From contig CAIXRH010000132.1 of assembly GCA_903921785.1 (NCBI GenBank), positions 75,180 to 139,179 on the forward strand: 64,000 bases of DNA. Reading direction: 5' to 3'. The stretch comes from an uncultured Pseudomonadota bacterium. Its GTDB lineage: Bacteria; Myxococcota_A; UBA796; SXON01. Made by a program: the position numbers and the translations under genes. The notes beneath the pieces were generated by a model. It made no database searches. It saw only the letters and a list, made by a program, of their open reading frames with translations, and was not told the DNA's origin. Below are positions 1 to 11,345 of the stretch, piece after piece. The stretch's first letter is position 1. Every line of letters begins with the position of its first letter.

Positions 1-2493
<2,493 letters not shown>

Positions 2494-2586
2494 GGGTTCC
2501 TCAAGAGGAGGGCAGAGGGGGACGGGTACGCGGGAGGGATCTGCGGTCGCCGGGCGCGCGCAGCGCCAGACAACGGGTCATCACGA

Positions 2587-2615
2587 ACTGTATCGCAGTC
2601 CACTTCGCGTGTAAA
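2587..2615 (-). promoter_or_regulatory. Sigma-70-like promoter for the repeat lipoprotein (TTTACA-N17-TACAGT on the minus strand)
   Basis: The rc of 2610-2615 is TTTACA and the rc of 2587-2592 is TACAGT, with a 17-nt spacer, about 95 nt upstream of the ATG at 2493. Confidence 0.35.
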
Positions 2616-2644
2616 GCTCGTGTCGCGGAATGTCGCGCGAACGA

Positions 2645-3532
2645 TCACAATCCGAGAACGCCGTACCGCAGACCCCGGTCCGAGACGCGCCACGCCTGAC
2701 GACGGGTGAGCTCAAGCCCACGAAGTAGGATGCACGAGCCGATCAGCAAGGTGTCCGCACGTTCTGGACTCACGACAAACATCGCGCGGCGCTGCGCGGG
2801 GTCGGCGGCGAGCAGGCGGTCCACCCAGCTGCGGAGGGTGCCCGCCGGCAACATGCTGTTGTGGACAGCGGCCGGATCGTAGGCGTCGAGCCCCAGGGTG
2901 GCCGCGGCGAGGGTCGTGGCGGTACCCGCCACCGCGACCGCCGACTTCGGGGCGCGAGGCAACTTCACGGCGGCGAAGGCGGCGTCGATCTCGGCGCGGG
3001 CGCGAGCGAGCGCCGCCGGCTCGACCGTGCCGTAGCCGAGGTGCTTCTCGGTGAGCCGCACGGTGCCGATCTCCAACGAGACCCGGTGGTGGATGTGGTT
3101 GCCCTCACCGAGGATCACCTCCGTGGAACCCCCACCTGGATCCAGCAGCAACACCGGCCCAGCCGCGAGCTCCACGCCCGAAACGCCGCCGAGCCAGGTG
3201 AGCCGGGCCTCTTCTTCGCCCGAGACGACCTGCACCTTGATCCCGGTGACCTTCTGCACCTGCGCGTAGAACGTCGCCGCGTTGAGCGCGCGCCGCGAGG
3301 CCGAGGTGGCGACCGCGCGCACCTCGCCCGCGGGCACGCCGAGCTCCGCGGCGCGCACCGCGTAGTCCTTCAGCGTGGCGAGCGCGGCCTCCATCCGGTC
3401 CGGACGGAAGACGCCGACCTCGCCCAGGCCCTTGCCAAGGCCGATCACCCGCGCTTCGTCGTGCACGACGCGCTCCCCATCCATCACCAGGAGCAGCAGC
3501 GAGTTGCTGCCGATGTCGATCGCCGCCTTCAT
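2645..3532 (-). CDS. Ppx/GppA-family phosphatase (short, single Ppx-GppA domain)
   Basis: MKAAIDIGSNSLLLLV..., ...DPGGGSTEV..., and the overall exopolyphosphatase/GppA N-domain pattern. 295 aa. Confidence 0.75.
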   Translation of the reverse strand: MKAAIDIGSNSLLLLVMDGERVVHDEARVIGLGKGLGEVGVFRPDRMEAALATLKDYAVRAAELGVPAGEVRAVATSASRRALNAATFYAQVQKVTGIKVQVVSGEEEARLTWLGGVSGVELAAGPVLLLDPGGGSTEVILGEGNHIHHRVSLEIGTVRLTEKHLGYGTVEPAALARARAEIDAAFAAVKLPRAPKSAVAVAGTATTLAAATLGLDAYDPAAVHNSMLPAGTLRSWVDRLLAADPAQRRAMFVVSPERADTLLIGSCILLRGLELTRRQAWRVSDRGLRYGVLGL

Positions 3533-3557
3533 CTGATCCTCGGGCCCGACCTCCTAA

Positions 3558-4880
3558 CTACCAGGACAGGTGCCCGGACCAATTCGGGTTCGTGTACCCG
3601 CCGCCGCCGCTGGTGAGCTGGATCTGGTGCCGGCCGTCTGCGCTCGCGAGCCAGATGTGGGCGGCGCCCGTGCGCGTCGAGGAGAAGACGAGGTACTTCC
3701 CGTCGGGGGACCAGCTCGGGTCCTCGTTGTCGCCCGCGCCCTGGGTGACCCGCTGCATCCCGGTGCCGTCGACGTTCACCGTGAAGACGTCGAACCCGCC
3801 GTCCCGCCCGACGAAGGCGATCTTGTCGCCCTTCGGCGACCAGGCGGGCGAGGTGTTCTGGCTGCCGGAGAACGTGACGCGGTGGGGGTTGGAGCCATCT
3901 GCGTTCATCACGTAGATCTGCGCGCCGCCGCCCCGCTCGGACACGAACGCCACCTGCGACCCGTCCGGCGACCACGTGGGCGACACGTCGATTCCCGGAC
4001 TTTTGGTGAGCTGCGCGATCTGGGTGCCGGCGATCGGGTCGATGGTGAAGATATCGCTGTCGCTCCCTGGGGAGAGGGTGAGCGCGATGCTCGACCCGCT
4101 CGGGTTCCAGCTACACCCGGTGTTGATCCCGGTGCGCGCGGAGATGCGGCGGATCGCCGACTTTGCGAGATCGGCCACGTAGAGATCAGGGTTGCCGTTG
4201 AAGTAGCTGGTGAAGCAGAGCGCCGTTCCGGCGTGGCTCCACCGCGGGGAGAGGTTGATCGACTTGTTCTTGGTGATCTGCCGTCGCCCGCCGCCGTCCA
4301 CGTCCATCACGTAGACCTCCTTGTTCCCCGAGCTGTTCGCCACGAAGGCGATGCGGGTGTCGAAGAAGGAGGGCTCGCCGGTGATGGCGGAGATGATCGT
4401 GTCGGCGGTGCGGTGCGCCAGGGTTCGGTTGGCGCTCTTCCCACCGGCAAACGCCTTGGCCGCCAGCTTCGTGCCACCGGTCACATCGTAGACCCAGACC
4501 TCGGCGCGGGTCCCCTCCCCGCTCGCCGTCAGCTCGGTCTTGGCGAGGGCCGACGCTCCGGGCGCGCGCCACGAGGCGAAGTCGAACTCCCCGAGGCGGA
4601 TTCCCGCGCCCGCCGGCTCCACGTAGGCCTTCGGATCGATGATGCGGAACCACCCGCTCAACTCCAGGTCCCGCTTGAGCGTGGTGTAGTACTCATCGGT
4701 GGTGCTGCCGCCCTTCGGGATCGGGAGCGCGAGGGGGATGTCCTGCTTGCTTCCTGGGAGGACGATGCCGACGTCGGGCCCGCCTTCGCCCGCGAACGCG
4801 GCTGGGGCGAGGAGGAGCGCCGCCAGGCCGACGAACGCCGCGACGGGCGCGAAGAGACGGGTCAGTTGCTGCACGGACAC
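3558..4880 (-). CDS. tolB: Tol-Pal system beta-propeller protein TolB
   Basis: The C-terminal region has repeated ...SPxWSPDG..IAF... blades (SPRWSHAG, SPTWSPDGSQVAFVS, SPAWSPKGDKIAFVG, PSWSPDGKYLVFSS). An N-terminal signal follows GTG 4880 (VSVQQLTRLFAPVAAFVGLAALLLAPAAFA). The ORF-track start at 5567 is an upstream read-through. The start is 4880 or 4874. Confidence 0.88.
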   Translation of the reverse strand: MSVQQLTRLFAPVAAFVGLAALLLAPAAFAGEGGPDVGIVLPGSKQDIPLALPIPKGGSTTDEYYTTLKRDLELSGWFRIIDPKAYVEPAGAGIRLGEFDFASWRAPGASALAKTELTASGEGTRAEVWVYDVTGGTKLAAKAFAGGKSANRTLAHRTADTIISAITGEPSFFDTRIAFVANSSGNKEVYVMDVDGGGRRQITKNKSINLSPRWSHAGTALCFTSYFNGNPDLYVADLAKSAIRRISARTGINTGCSWNPSGSSIALTLSPGSDSDIFTIDPIAGTQIAQLTKSPGIDVSPTWSPDGSQVAFVSERGGGAQIYVMNADGSNPHRVTFSGSQNTSPAWSPKGDKIAFVGRDGGFDVFTVNVDGTGMQRVTQGAGDNEDPSWSPDGKYLVFSSTRTGAAHIWLASADGRHQIQLTSGGGGYTNPNWSGHLSW

Positions 4881-5596
4881 TCCAATACCCCGCGGATGCC
4901 GGAGGCGAACTTCGGGGGCAACGGCGGCAGGTGGGCCGTCGTGGCGAACGCGCGGACACAGGCCGCGTCGAACGACGGGTTCTTGCTGGACTGAACGACC
5001 GTGGCGTCGGAGGTGATCGCCCCGGTACCGTCGATCGCCGCCGCGGCGCTGGCCTTGAGATCGGGGTTCGCGGAGCACCAGGTCGGCAGCGGGTGGAAGT
5101 TCTTCCCCAACGCGGCCTGCGCGGCGAGCACCCACTTCGCCAGCTCGGGGTCGTGCACGCCGGCTTGAGCCGAGGTGCCGGTCCCGGCGCTGTCCCCGGT
5201 GGCGAGGCGATCCGTGGTGCCCTCGGGCGCCGAGAGGTCGCGGAGGAGCTGCTGTTTGCGGATCTCGGCCATCAGGTCGTCGCGCTGGGCGTCGGCCGAG
5301 GCGTCGCCTTCCTGCTTCGGGGCGTTCGGCAGCGCGAGATCGCTGGGGTTGGGCGGCGGCTTCACGGCGTCGGGAGCCTGGGTGCCCTTCGGCGCGTCCG
5401 GCGCACGCTCGGCCTTCTGGGGCATCCGCGACTGGGCGGCCGGGGGGCCCGACATCTCCACGATGATCGCATCTTCCGCCTTGAAGAGCGGCTCCGCGTG
5501 GCTGCCACACTGCGCGAACGCCACGGTGGCAAACGCGAGCAGGTGGGCGAAGCCCGCGGCGGGCCACTCCCAGCTCGGCGCGCGGTACCGCTGCAT
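4862..5596 (-). CDS. TolA/TonB-like energy-transducer protein (membrane anchor, Pro/Ala-rich linker, C-terminal TonB_C-like domain)
   Basis: Sits between tolR and tolB. It has an N-terminal hydrophobic segment AAGFAHLLAFATVAFA, a PDAPKGTQAPDAVKPPPNP linker and a C-terminal globular part. ATG 5596 shares one base with the tolR stop (TGATG). Confidence 0.55.
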   Translation of the reverse strand: MQRYRAPSWEWPAAGFAHLLAFATVAFAQCGSHAEPLFKAEDAIIVEMSGPPAAQSRMPQKAERAPDAPKGTQAPDAVKPPPNPSDLALPNAPKQEGDASADAQRDDLMAEIRKQQLLRDLSAPEGTTDRLATGDSAGTGTSAQAGVHDPELAKWVLAAQAALGKNFHPLPTWCSANPDLKASAAAAIDGTGAITSDATVVQSSKNPSFDAACVRAFATTAHLPPLPPKFASGIRGVLECPCSN

Positions 5597-6030
5597 CAAG
5601 GCTGCGCCTTGGCCGGCTGGGTGACGAGGCCGACCTTGGGGATACCTGCGTTCTTCGCGAGCTCCAGCAACGTCATCACCTCCTGGTACGGGAGCGCCCC
5701 GTCGGCCTGCACGTAGACCGCCTGACCGGGGTGCTGCTTCCCTTCCTCCGCGAGGTTCGCCTCCAATTGTTCACGGGTGAGCGACTGGGCGGCGTTGGTC
5801 CCCCGCGCCAGGGTGAGCGAGCCGTCCTTCGCCATGCCGATCACCAACTGGTCCCCCGTGACCTCGACGGGCGGGGTGTTGGCGCTGGGCAGGTCGATGT
5901 CGACGCCCGTGGTCATCAACGGGGCGGTCACCATGAAGATGATGAGGAGGACCAGCATGACGTCCACGAAGGGCGTCACGTTGATCTCGGACATCATCCC
6001 GCCCTCTCGCGAGGGTCCGCTCATGCCCAT
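5596..6030 (-). CDS. tolR: Biopolymer transport protein TolR/ExbD
   Basis: [28 protein letters not shown] is the classic ExbD/TolR N-terminus. ATG 6030 overlaps the tolQ stop (ATGA). The ORF-track start at 6612 is read-through. Confidence 0.88.
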   Translation of the reverse strand: MGMSGPSREGGMMSEINVTPFVDVMLVLLIIFMVTAPLMTTGVDIDLPSANTPPVEVTGDQLVIGMAKDGSLTLARGTNAAQSLTREQLEANLAEEGKQHPGQAVYVQADGALPYQEVMTLLELAKNAGIPKVGLVTQPAKAQP

Positions 6031-6755
6031 CAGCGACCCCGGTAGTGGCGCTTGACGAGGTTGAGGAAGTCGGAGGAGAACGCGTCGATCTCGCCGTGGA
6101 GGGTCTTGATGCGGGTGTTGAAGTAGTTGTAGGCCATGACCGCGGGGATGGCGGCGAGGAGGCCCACGGCCGTGGCCACCAGCGCATGCGAGATGTCGGG
6201 GCCGACGGTCTGGATGCTGGCCTGCCCGGTCTCCCCGATCTTCTGGAAGGCGCGGAGGATGCCCCAAACCGTCCCGAAGAGCCCGATGAACGGGGCGGTA
6301 CTGCCCGTGGTGGCAAGAAACGGGATCAACCGCTCGAGCTGCGCCAGCTCGGTGTTGGTGGTGCGCCGGAGGGCACGCTCGATGTTCTCGGTGAGCCCGA
6401 GGTCCATCGCCCCCGCGCCGCCGGACGCGGTGAGCCGCCCAAGCTCGGCGTACCCGGCCTTGAACACCTCCGCGACGGGAGACTGAGGATAGCGGCCGGT
6501 CTTCTGGTAGATCTGGTCGAGGTCGGGGGCCTTCCAGAACGCGTCGATGAACGAGGCGGACTGGCTGTACGCACGGTTCACCACGCCCCACTTGTTGAGG
6601 ATGATCCCCCAACAGGCGATGGACATGCCGATGAGCCCGAAGAGCACGAGCTGCACCACGATGTCGGCCTGCGCGACGAGCTGGAGGATGGAGAACCCAC
6701 CCCCTCCCGGCGCCGCGCCCACGGTCGACACGAAGATGACGTTCTGAAGATCCAT
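6030..6755 (-). CDS. tolQ: Tol-Pal proton channel TolQ (MotA/TolQ/ExbB family)
   Basis: [28 protein letters not shown]...[28 protein letters not shown] is the MotA/TolQ/ExbB signature. Confidence 0.9.
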   Translation of the reverse strand: MDLQNVIFVSTVGAAPGGGGFSILQLVAQADIVVQLVLFGLIGMSIACWGIILNKWGVVNRAYSQSASFIDAFWKAPDLDQIYQKTGRYPQSPVAEVFKAGYAELGRLTASGGAGAMDLGLTENIERALRRTTNTELAQLERLIPFLATTGSTAPFIGLFGTVWGILRAFQKIGETGQASIQTVGPDISHALVATAVGLLAAIPAVMAYNYFNTRIKTLHGEIDAFSSDFLNLVKRHYRGR

Positions 6756-6800
6756 GCGCGCCGCCTATCCCGCCGCGGCCCGGCGCAGTACGGAGGGCCC

Positions 6801-7670
6801 ATGTTCGACCAGATGGAGGCCCTGCGCGCCCTGGAGGAGACCGGCACGACCGCCCGGGCGGCGGCCCGGTTGCGCATCACGCAGAGCGCCGTCAGCAAGC
6901 GGATCTCCGCCTTGGAGGCCACGCTCGGGGTGGCGGTGGTGGAGAAACGCGGGCGCAGCCTCGTGCTCACTCCGGCCGGCGCGAGCGTGCTCGCCGACCT
7001 GGAACCCCACCTCCGAGCCATCCGATCGCGCGTCCGCACGCTGGCGCCCGGCGGGGGCACCCTCCGCGTCGCGGCCACCGAGTCCCTGCTCGCCGCCTGG
7101 TTGCCGGCCGCGCTCGCCGAAGCTCGGGTCGCCGCCGGCGTGGAGCTGGAGCTGCACGCTCACCGCGGACCACTCGTGGTGGAGCGGGTGCTCGGGGGCC
7201 ACGCCGATGTGGGGATCTGCGTACCCGGCGAGGAAGGAACCCTGGCCAGCGAGCCGCTCGGCGACGAGCCGATGGTGCTGGTCCCCTCGGGCACCGAACC
7301 GCTGGTCGTCCCGCCGACCGCTCCGTTGGACGTGTGGACGATCGAAGCCCGCTCCCTCACCGGCGCCTGGCTGGATCGCCGCCTCGCGCGCCACCCGTGG
7401 CCGATCCGCCCCACCCGCCGCATCGAGTCCTTCAGCGCTGCGGTGCAGCTCGCACGCGCCGGCTTCGGCCCCGCGTTGGTCCCCGAAGGTCTCGCGCGGG
7501 CGATGGGCGTTCCCGCCACCGCGGCTGTGGTCGTGCCCGGCCTGCGGCGGCCGTTGGTCGCGGTGTACGAGACGAGCGCCGGGGATCGACCGGCCGTACG
7601 CCGCTTCGTGGACGCGCTGCGGGGAGCCGCGATCAAGGCCCTGGCGGCGGCGAACGTCGCGCCCGGCTGA
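6801..7670 (+). CDS. LysR-family transcriptional regulator, divergent from tolQ
   Basis: ATG 6801 follows GGAGGG (6793-6798). The N-terminal HTH reads ALRALEETGTTARAAARLRITQSAVSKRISALE, followed by a LysR substrate-binding-like domain. Only the last 289 aa of track ORF 6045..7670 are used. Confidence 0.85.
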   Translation: MFDQMEALRALEETGTTARAAARLRITQSAVSKRISALEATLGVAVVEKRGRSLVLTPAGASVLADLEPHLRAIRSRVRTLAPGGGTLRVAATESLLAAWLPAALAEARVAAGVELELHAHRGPLVVERVLGGHADVGICVPGEEGTLASEPLGDEPMVLVPSGTEPLVVPPTAPLDVWTIEARSLTGAWLDRRLARHPWPIRPTRRIESFSAAVQLARAGFGPALVPEGLARAMGVPATAAVVVPGLRRPLVAVYETSAGDRPAVRRFVDALRGAAIKALAAANVAPG

Positions 7671-7891
7671 GCGCCGAGGCCGGGAGCGCCCCACGGTTCA
7701 CCGCCCGATCGTTGCGCCTGGGCCGGGTGTATCGGAGCGCCGAGGGTGGGGAGGCGCCCCCATGACGAACGTCGGCGCGGGCTGCCGAATGTCCACCCCG
7801 ATCCAGACGTCTCCGGCACGCTCGGGCGCACGCGGGCCCGAGGCCGCGATCCGGATTACAACGCGCCGTCGCCCCCCCAGGAGTAGCCGCC

Positions 7892-10306
7892 ATGTCGCAA
7901 CCCGAATCGTCGCCCGAGGTGAGCGAACTTCCGGATCTCACCAAGGTCCCCGCCGAAGATCGCGATCGGGTCTGGTTCGAGACGTACTACCAGGGCGACA
8001 AGGTGCCGCAGCTCACCCTGCGCGCGGTGCTCATGGGCGGCGTGATCGGCATGGCGATGTCGATCAGCAACCTGTATACGACGTTGAAGCTGGGTTGGGC
8101 GTTCGGCGTGGCGATCACCGCGTGCGTGATGAGCTACGCGATCTGGAACACGGTGGTCGCGCTCGGGCTCTCGAAGTCCAAGATGACGATCCTCGAGAAC
8201 AACTGCATGGCGTCCACGGCGTCAGCGGCTGGTTATTCCACGGGCGGCACGATCGCGACCGCCGCGGGCGCCCTCCTTTTGATCACGGGCGACGCGGGCC
8301 GCATGCACTGGCTCCCGCTCACCGCCTGGGTTTTCTGCGTAGCGGTGCTCGGCGTGTTCCTGGCGATCCCGATGAAGCGCCAGATGATCAACCAGGAGCA
8401 GCTCCCCTTCCCTTCGGGCATCGCCGCGGCGGAGACGCTCCGGTCGCTCTACGCGGAAGGCGACGCTGCGGTGAAGAAGGCGCGCAACCTCATCGATGCG
8501 ATGATCGCCGGCGCGCTCATGGGCATCGGCCTGAACTTCGGCCTGATCCCCGGCTCGCTCGACTTCGGGGGCTCGGTCAACTCCACCCGTACCCCGCTCC
8601 CGTTCAAGGCCCTCGGCGTCGCCTACGAGCCGTCGCTCCTGATGATCGCCGCGGGCGCCATCACCGGCCTCCGCGTGTGCACGTCGATGCTCGTCGGCGC
8701 CCTGGTCAACTGGTTCATCCTGGTGCCGATGGCGATGACCCTGGCGCCGCAGCCCCCCGCCCCCGGGGAGGTCGCGGCGTACGACGAGAGCGGCAACTGG
8801 ATCGACATGAAGGACCGCGCGCGGCCCGACATGCTCATGCTCCACCTCGACGGCTACGGCTCCAACGCCGAGGGCGCGGTGAAGCCGGAAGCCCCGGTCG
8901 TCGTGCTCACGCCCGCCAACGGCGGCGCCCCGATCACCACCACCCTCGCCGACGAGGGCAAGGAAGGCGATGCCAAGGCGAACGACCAGAAGTGGACCGT
9001 GAAGCTCCACGTCCCGGCCGGCAGCTACTCGGTGAAGCTGGCGATCCCCGCCGGCCTGTACAGCGAAAAGCTCGACGCCGACCTCCCCGGTGCGGCGCTC
9101 GTCGATGGCAAGGTCGAGGTCTCCGCGGGCGCGGTCACCTGGGCGGACGACAACCAGCGTCGCGACCTCGGGTTGAGCCTCCGTCGTCCCGCGTGGATGG
9201 TCGGCGGACAGATGGTCCAGACCCTCGCGCTCGACACCGTGGCCGGCGAGTCGGCCAAGACCGGCAAGATGTTCGCCGGCGACGTCGAGGTGAAGATGGC
9301 GGACGGCGAGTACACCTTGATCAATGTGCGGAAGTGGAGCCTCTGGGCCGGCACCGCGCTCCTGGTCTCCAGCGGCCTCACCTCCTTCGCCCTCAACTGG
9401 CGACAGATCCTCCGCGCGCTCACCGGCGCGAAGACCGCCGGCTCTGCCCCCGCCAACGCCGACCTCGATGCGCGCATGGCCGCCATCGAGGTGCCGACCT
9501 CCTGGATGATCGCGGGTCTCCTTCCGGTCACGGCGCTGCTCGCGTTCGTGTGCTGGGAGGCCATGGGCATCGCGCCGTGGCTCAGCGTGGTCTCGGTGGT
9601 GCTCTCCGGCGTGCTCGCGCTCGTCGCCTGCCGCGCCACCGGCGAGACCGACACCACCCCCATCGGCGCGATGGGCAAAATCACCCAGTTCGTCTACGCG
9701 GTCCTCTCCCCCGCGGACAAGACGGTGAACCTGATGACCGCCGGCATCACCGCGGGCGCCGCGGGCTCCTCCGCCGACCTGCTCACCGACCTGAAGTCCG
9801 GGTACCTGCTCGGCGCCAACCCGCGGAAGCAGTTCCTCGCGCAGTTCTACGGCGTGTTCTTCGGGCTCGTGGCGGTGATCCCGGCCTGGTACCTGATGGT
9901 TCCCACCGTCAACACCCCGCTCCTCCAGAACAGCCCGCCCACCGCCATGTGGTACGCCGTGGCCCAGGCGCTGGCCGACGGCATCGAGAGCATCCCCACC
10001 ACGGCCCGCTACGGGATTCTCGGGGGTGCCCTCGTCGGCGTGGCCCTGCCGCTCCTGGAGCGTATGTTCCCGTCCGCCAAGCGGTTCATGCCGTCGTCGA
10101 TGGGCCTCGGCCTCTCCTTCGTCATCACGTTCCCGAACTCGCTCGCGTTCTTCGTCGGCGCGCTCATCGCCGACCGCTGGAGCGGCCGCGACGAGAAGGC
10201 CTACGAAGACAAGGTGATCCCGCTCGCTTCGGGCGCCATCGCCGGGGAGTCGCTGATCAGCGCGGCGTATGCCATGCTGAACTCGCTCCACATCCTGGCG
10301 GGATGA
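7892..10306 (+). CDS. OPT-family oligopeptide transporter with a large soluble insertion
   Basis: LTLRAVLMGGVIGMAMSISNLYTTLKLGWAFGVAITA..., NNCMASTASAAGYSTGG, and many TM segments typical of OPT (PF03169-type). Residues ~285-482 are hydrophilic. Confidence 0.8.
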   Translation: MSQPESSPEVSELPDLTKVPAEDRDRVWFETYYQGDKVPQLTLRAVLMGGVIGMAMSISNLYTTLKLGWAFGVAITACVMSYAIWNTVVALGLSKSKMTILENNCMASTASAAGYSTGGTIATAAGALLLITGDAGRMHWLPLTAWVFCVAVLGVFLAIPMKRQMINQEQLPFPSGIAAAETLRSLYAEGDAAVKKARNLIDAMIAGALMGIGLNFGLIPGSLDFGGSVNSTRTPLPFKALGVAYEPSLLMIAAGAITGLRVCTSMLVGALVNWFILVPMAMTLAPQPPAPGEVAAYDESGNWIDMKDRARPDMLMLHLDGYGSNAEGAVKPEAPVVVLTPANGGAPITTTLADEGKEGDAKANDQKWTVKLHVPAGSYSVKLAIPAGLYSEKLDADLPGAALVDGKVEVSAGAVTWADDNQRRDLGLSLRRPAWMVGGQMVQTLALDTVAGESAKTGKMFAGDVEVKMADGEYTLINVRKWSLWAGTALLVSSGLTSFALNWRQILRALTGAKTAGSAPANADLDARMAAIEVPTSWMIAGLLPVTALLAFVCWEAMGIAPWLSVVSVVLSGVLALVACRATGETDTTPIGAMGKITQFVYAVLSPADKTVNLMTAGITAGAAGSSADLLTDLKSGYLLGANPRKQFLAQFYGVFFGLVAVIPAWYLMVPTVNTPLLQNSPPTAMWYAVAQALADGIESIPTTARYGILGGALVGVALPLLERMFPSAKRFMPSSMGLGLSFVITFPNSLAFFVGALIADRWSGRDEKAYEDKVIPLASGAIAGESLISAAYAMLNSLHILAG

Positions 10307-11295
10307 CCCGACCGACGACCCCCGCGCTGCTCGACCGCTTCGGGCGGCTGCACACCTACCTGCGCGTAAGCGTCACCGACCGGTGCAATTACCGGTGTGT
10401 GTACTGCCTCCCCGAGGAGGGTGCGAGCTGGCTGCCTCGCGATGGGGTGCTGCGGTACGAGGAGATCGCCCGGGTCGTCCGCATCATGGCGCCGATGGGC
10501 CTCCGCCGCGTACGACTCACCGGCGGCGAACCGACCGTGCGCAAGGACATCGAGGACCTCGTGGCGGCGGTGGCGGCGGTGCCGGGGCTCGAGGAGGTCA
10601 CCATGACCACCAACGCCCACCGGTTCGCACCGTTGGCGGTGGGGCTTCGGCGAGCGGGGCTCACGCGGGTGAACATCTCGGTGGACTCGCTGGACCCCGC
10701 GCGGTTCGCCCGGATCACCCGAGGCGGGGACCTCGCGGCCGTACTCGCGGGGATCGACGCCGCGATCGACGCCGGACTCACCCCGGTGAAGCTCAACATG
10801 GTGGTGATGCGGGGGGTCAACGACGACGAGCTGCTCCCGATGACGCGCTGGGCGATGGAGCGGGCGCCCGCGGTCCAGCTCAGGTTCATCGAGTACATGC
10901 CGTTCGCGGAGCGGTGGCACGAGAACCTCCCGGCGGCGGAGATGCGGGCGCGGCTGGCGGCGCTTGGCGAGCTGGTGCCGGCGCCGGAGCGGCAGGGAGG
11001 GGGGCCGGCGGCACACTGGCGCGTCGGTCCGCTGATCGTAGGGTTCATCGCGCCGATCACCGAACATTTCTGCGCCGCGTGCAACCGGCTCCGGCTGCTC
11101 GCGGACGGCCATCTGCGGACCTGCCTCGCCCACGAGGACACCCCGTCCCTGTTGACGTCGCTGCGAGGCGGGGCGTCCGACGAGGCCATCGCCGGCCAGA
11201 TCCGCACGATCGTGCTGGGGAAGCCGGCCGGACACCTCGCGGAGGCCGAGGGCGGGAAGGCGTTTGAAGGGGTGATGACCCAGATCGGGGGCTGA
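10303..11295 (+). CDS. moaA: GTP 3',8-cyclase MoaA (radical SAM, molybdenum cofactor biosynthesis)
   Basis: YLRVSVTDRCNYRCVYCLPEEG (CxxxCxxC), GGEPTVR, and a C-terminal CAACNRLRLLADGHLRTC cluster motif. ATG 10303 overlaps the OPT stop (ATGA). Confidence 0.92.
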   Translation: MTRPTTPALLDRFGRLHTYLRVSVTDRCNYRCVYCLPEEGASWLPRDGVLRYEEIARVVRIMAPMGLRRVRLTGGEPTVRKDIEDLVAAVAAVPGLEEVTMTTNAHRFAPLAVGLRRAGLTRVNISVDSLDPARFARITRGGDLAAVLAGIDAAIDAGLTPVKLNMVVMRGVNDDELLPMTRWAMERAPAVQLRFIEYMPFAERWHENLPAAEMRARLAALGELVPAPERQGGGPAAHWRVGPLIVGFIAPITEHFCAACNRLRLLADGHLRTCLAHEDTPSLLTSLRGGASDEAIAGQIRTIVLGKPAGHLAEAEGGKAFEGVMTQIGG

Positions 11296-11312
11296 GCAGG
11301 ATCGCCCGACCA

Positions 11313-11345
11313 TTTTGGGGCGGGGTTCCCACCCCGCAACGCCCC
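11313..11345 (+). repeat. GC hairpin element copy A (TTTTGGGGC-[GGGGT/ACCCC]-GCAACG-CCCC)
   Basis: ttttggggcggggttcccaccccgcaacgcccc, 18 nt after the moaA stop. See the findings for the family. Confidence 0.6.

Noticed and set aside
7671-7891. Riboswitch (e.g. Moco) or small ORF in the 221-nt leader of the OPT-moaA operon
   Set aside because: I could not recognise any conserved riboswitch core. The ATG at 7762 opens a frame with Arg/Pro-rich nonsense composition. A covariance-model scan would be needed to be sure.
6754-11295. 1513-aa plus-strand ORF
   Set aside because: It is a chance open frame running across the LysR and OPT genes in the wrong frame (Arg/Pro/Gly-rich nonsense). Only its last 330 codons (moaA, from 10303) are real.
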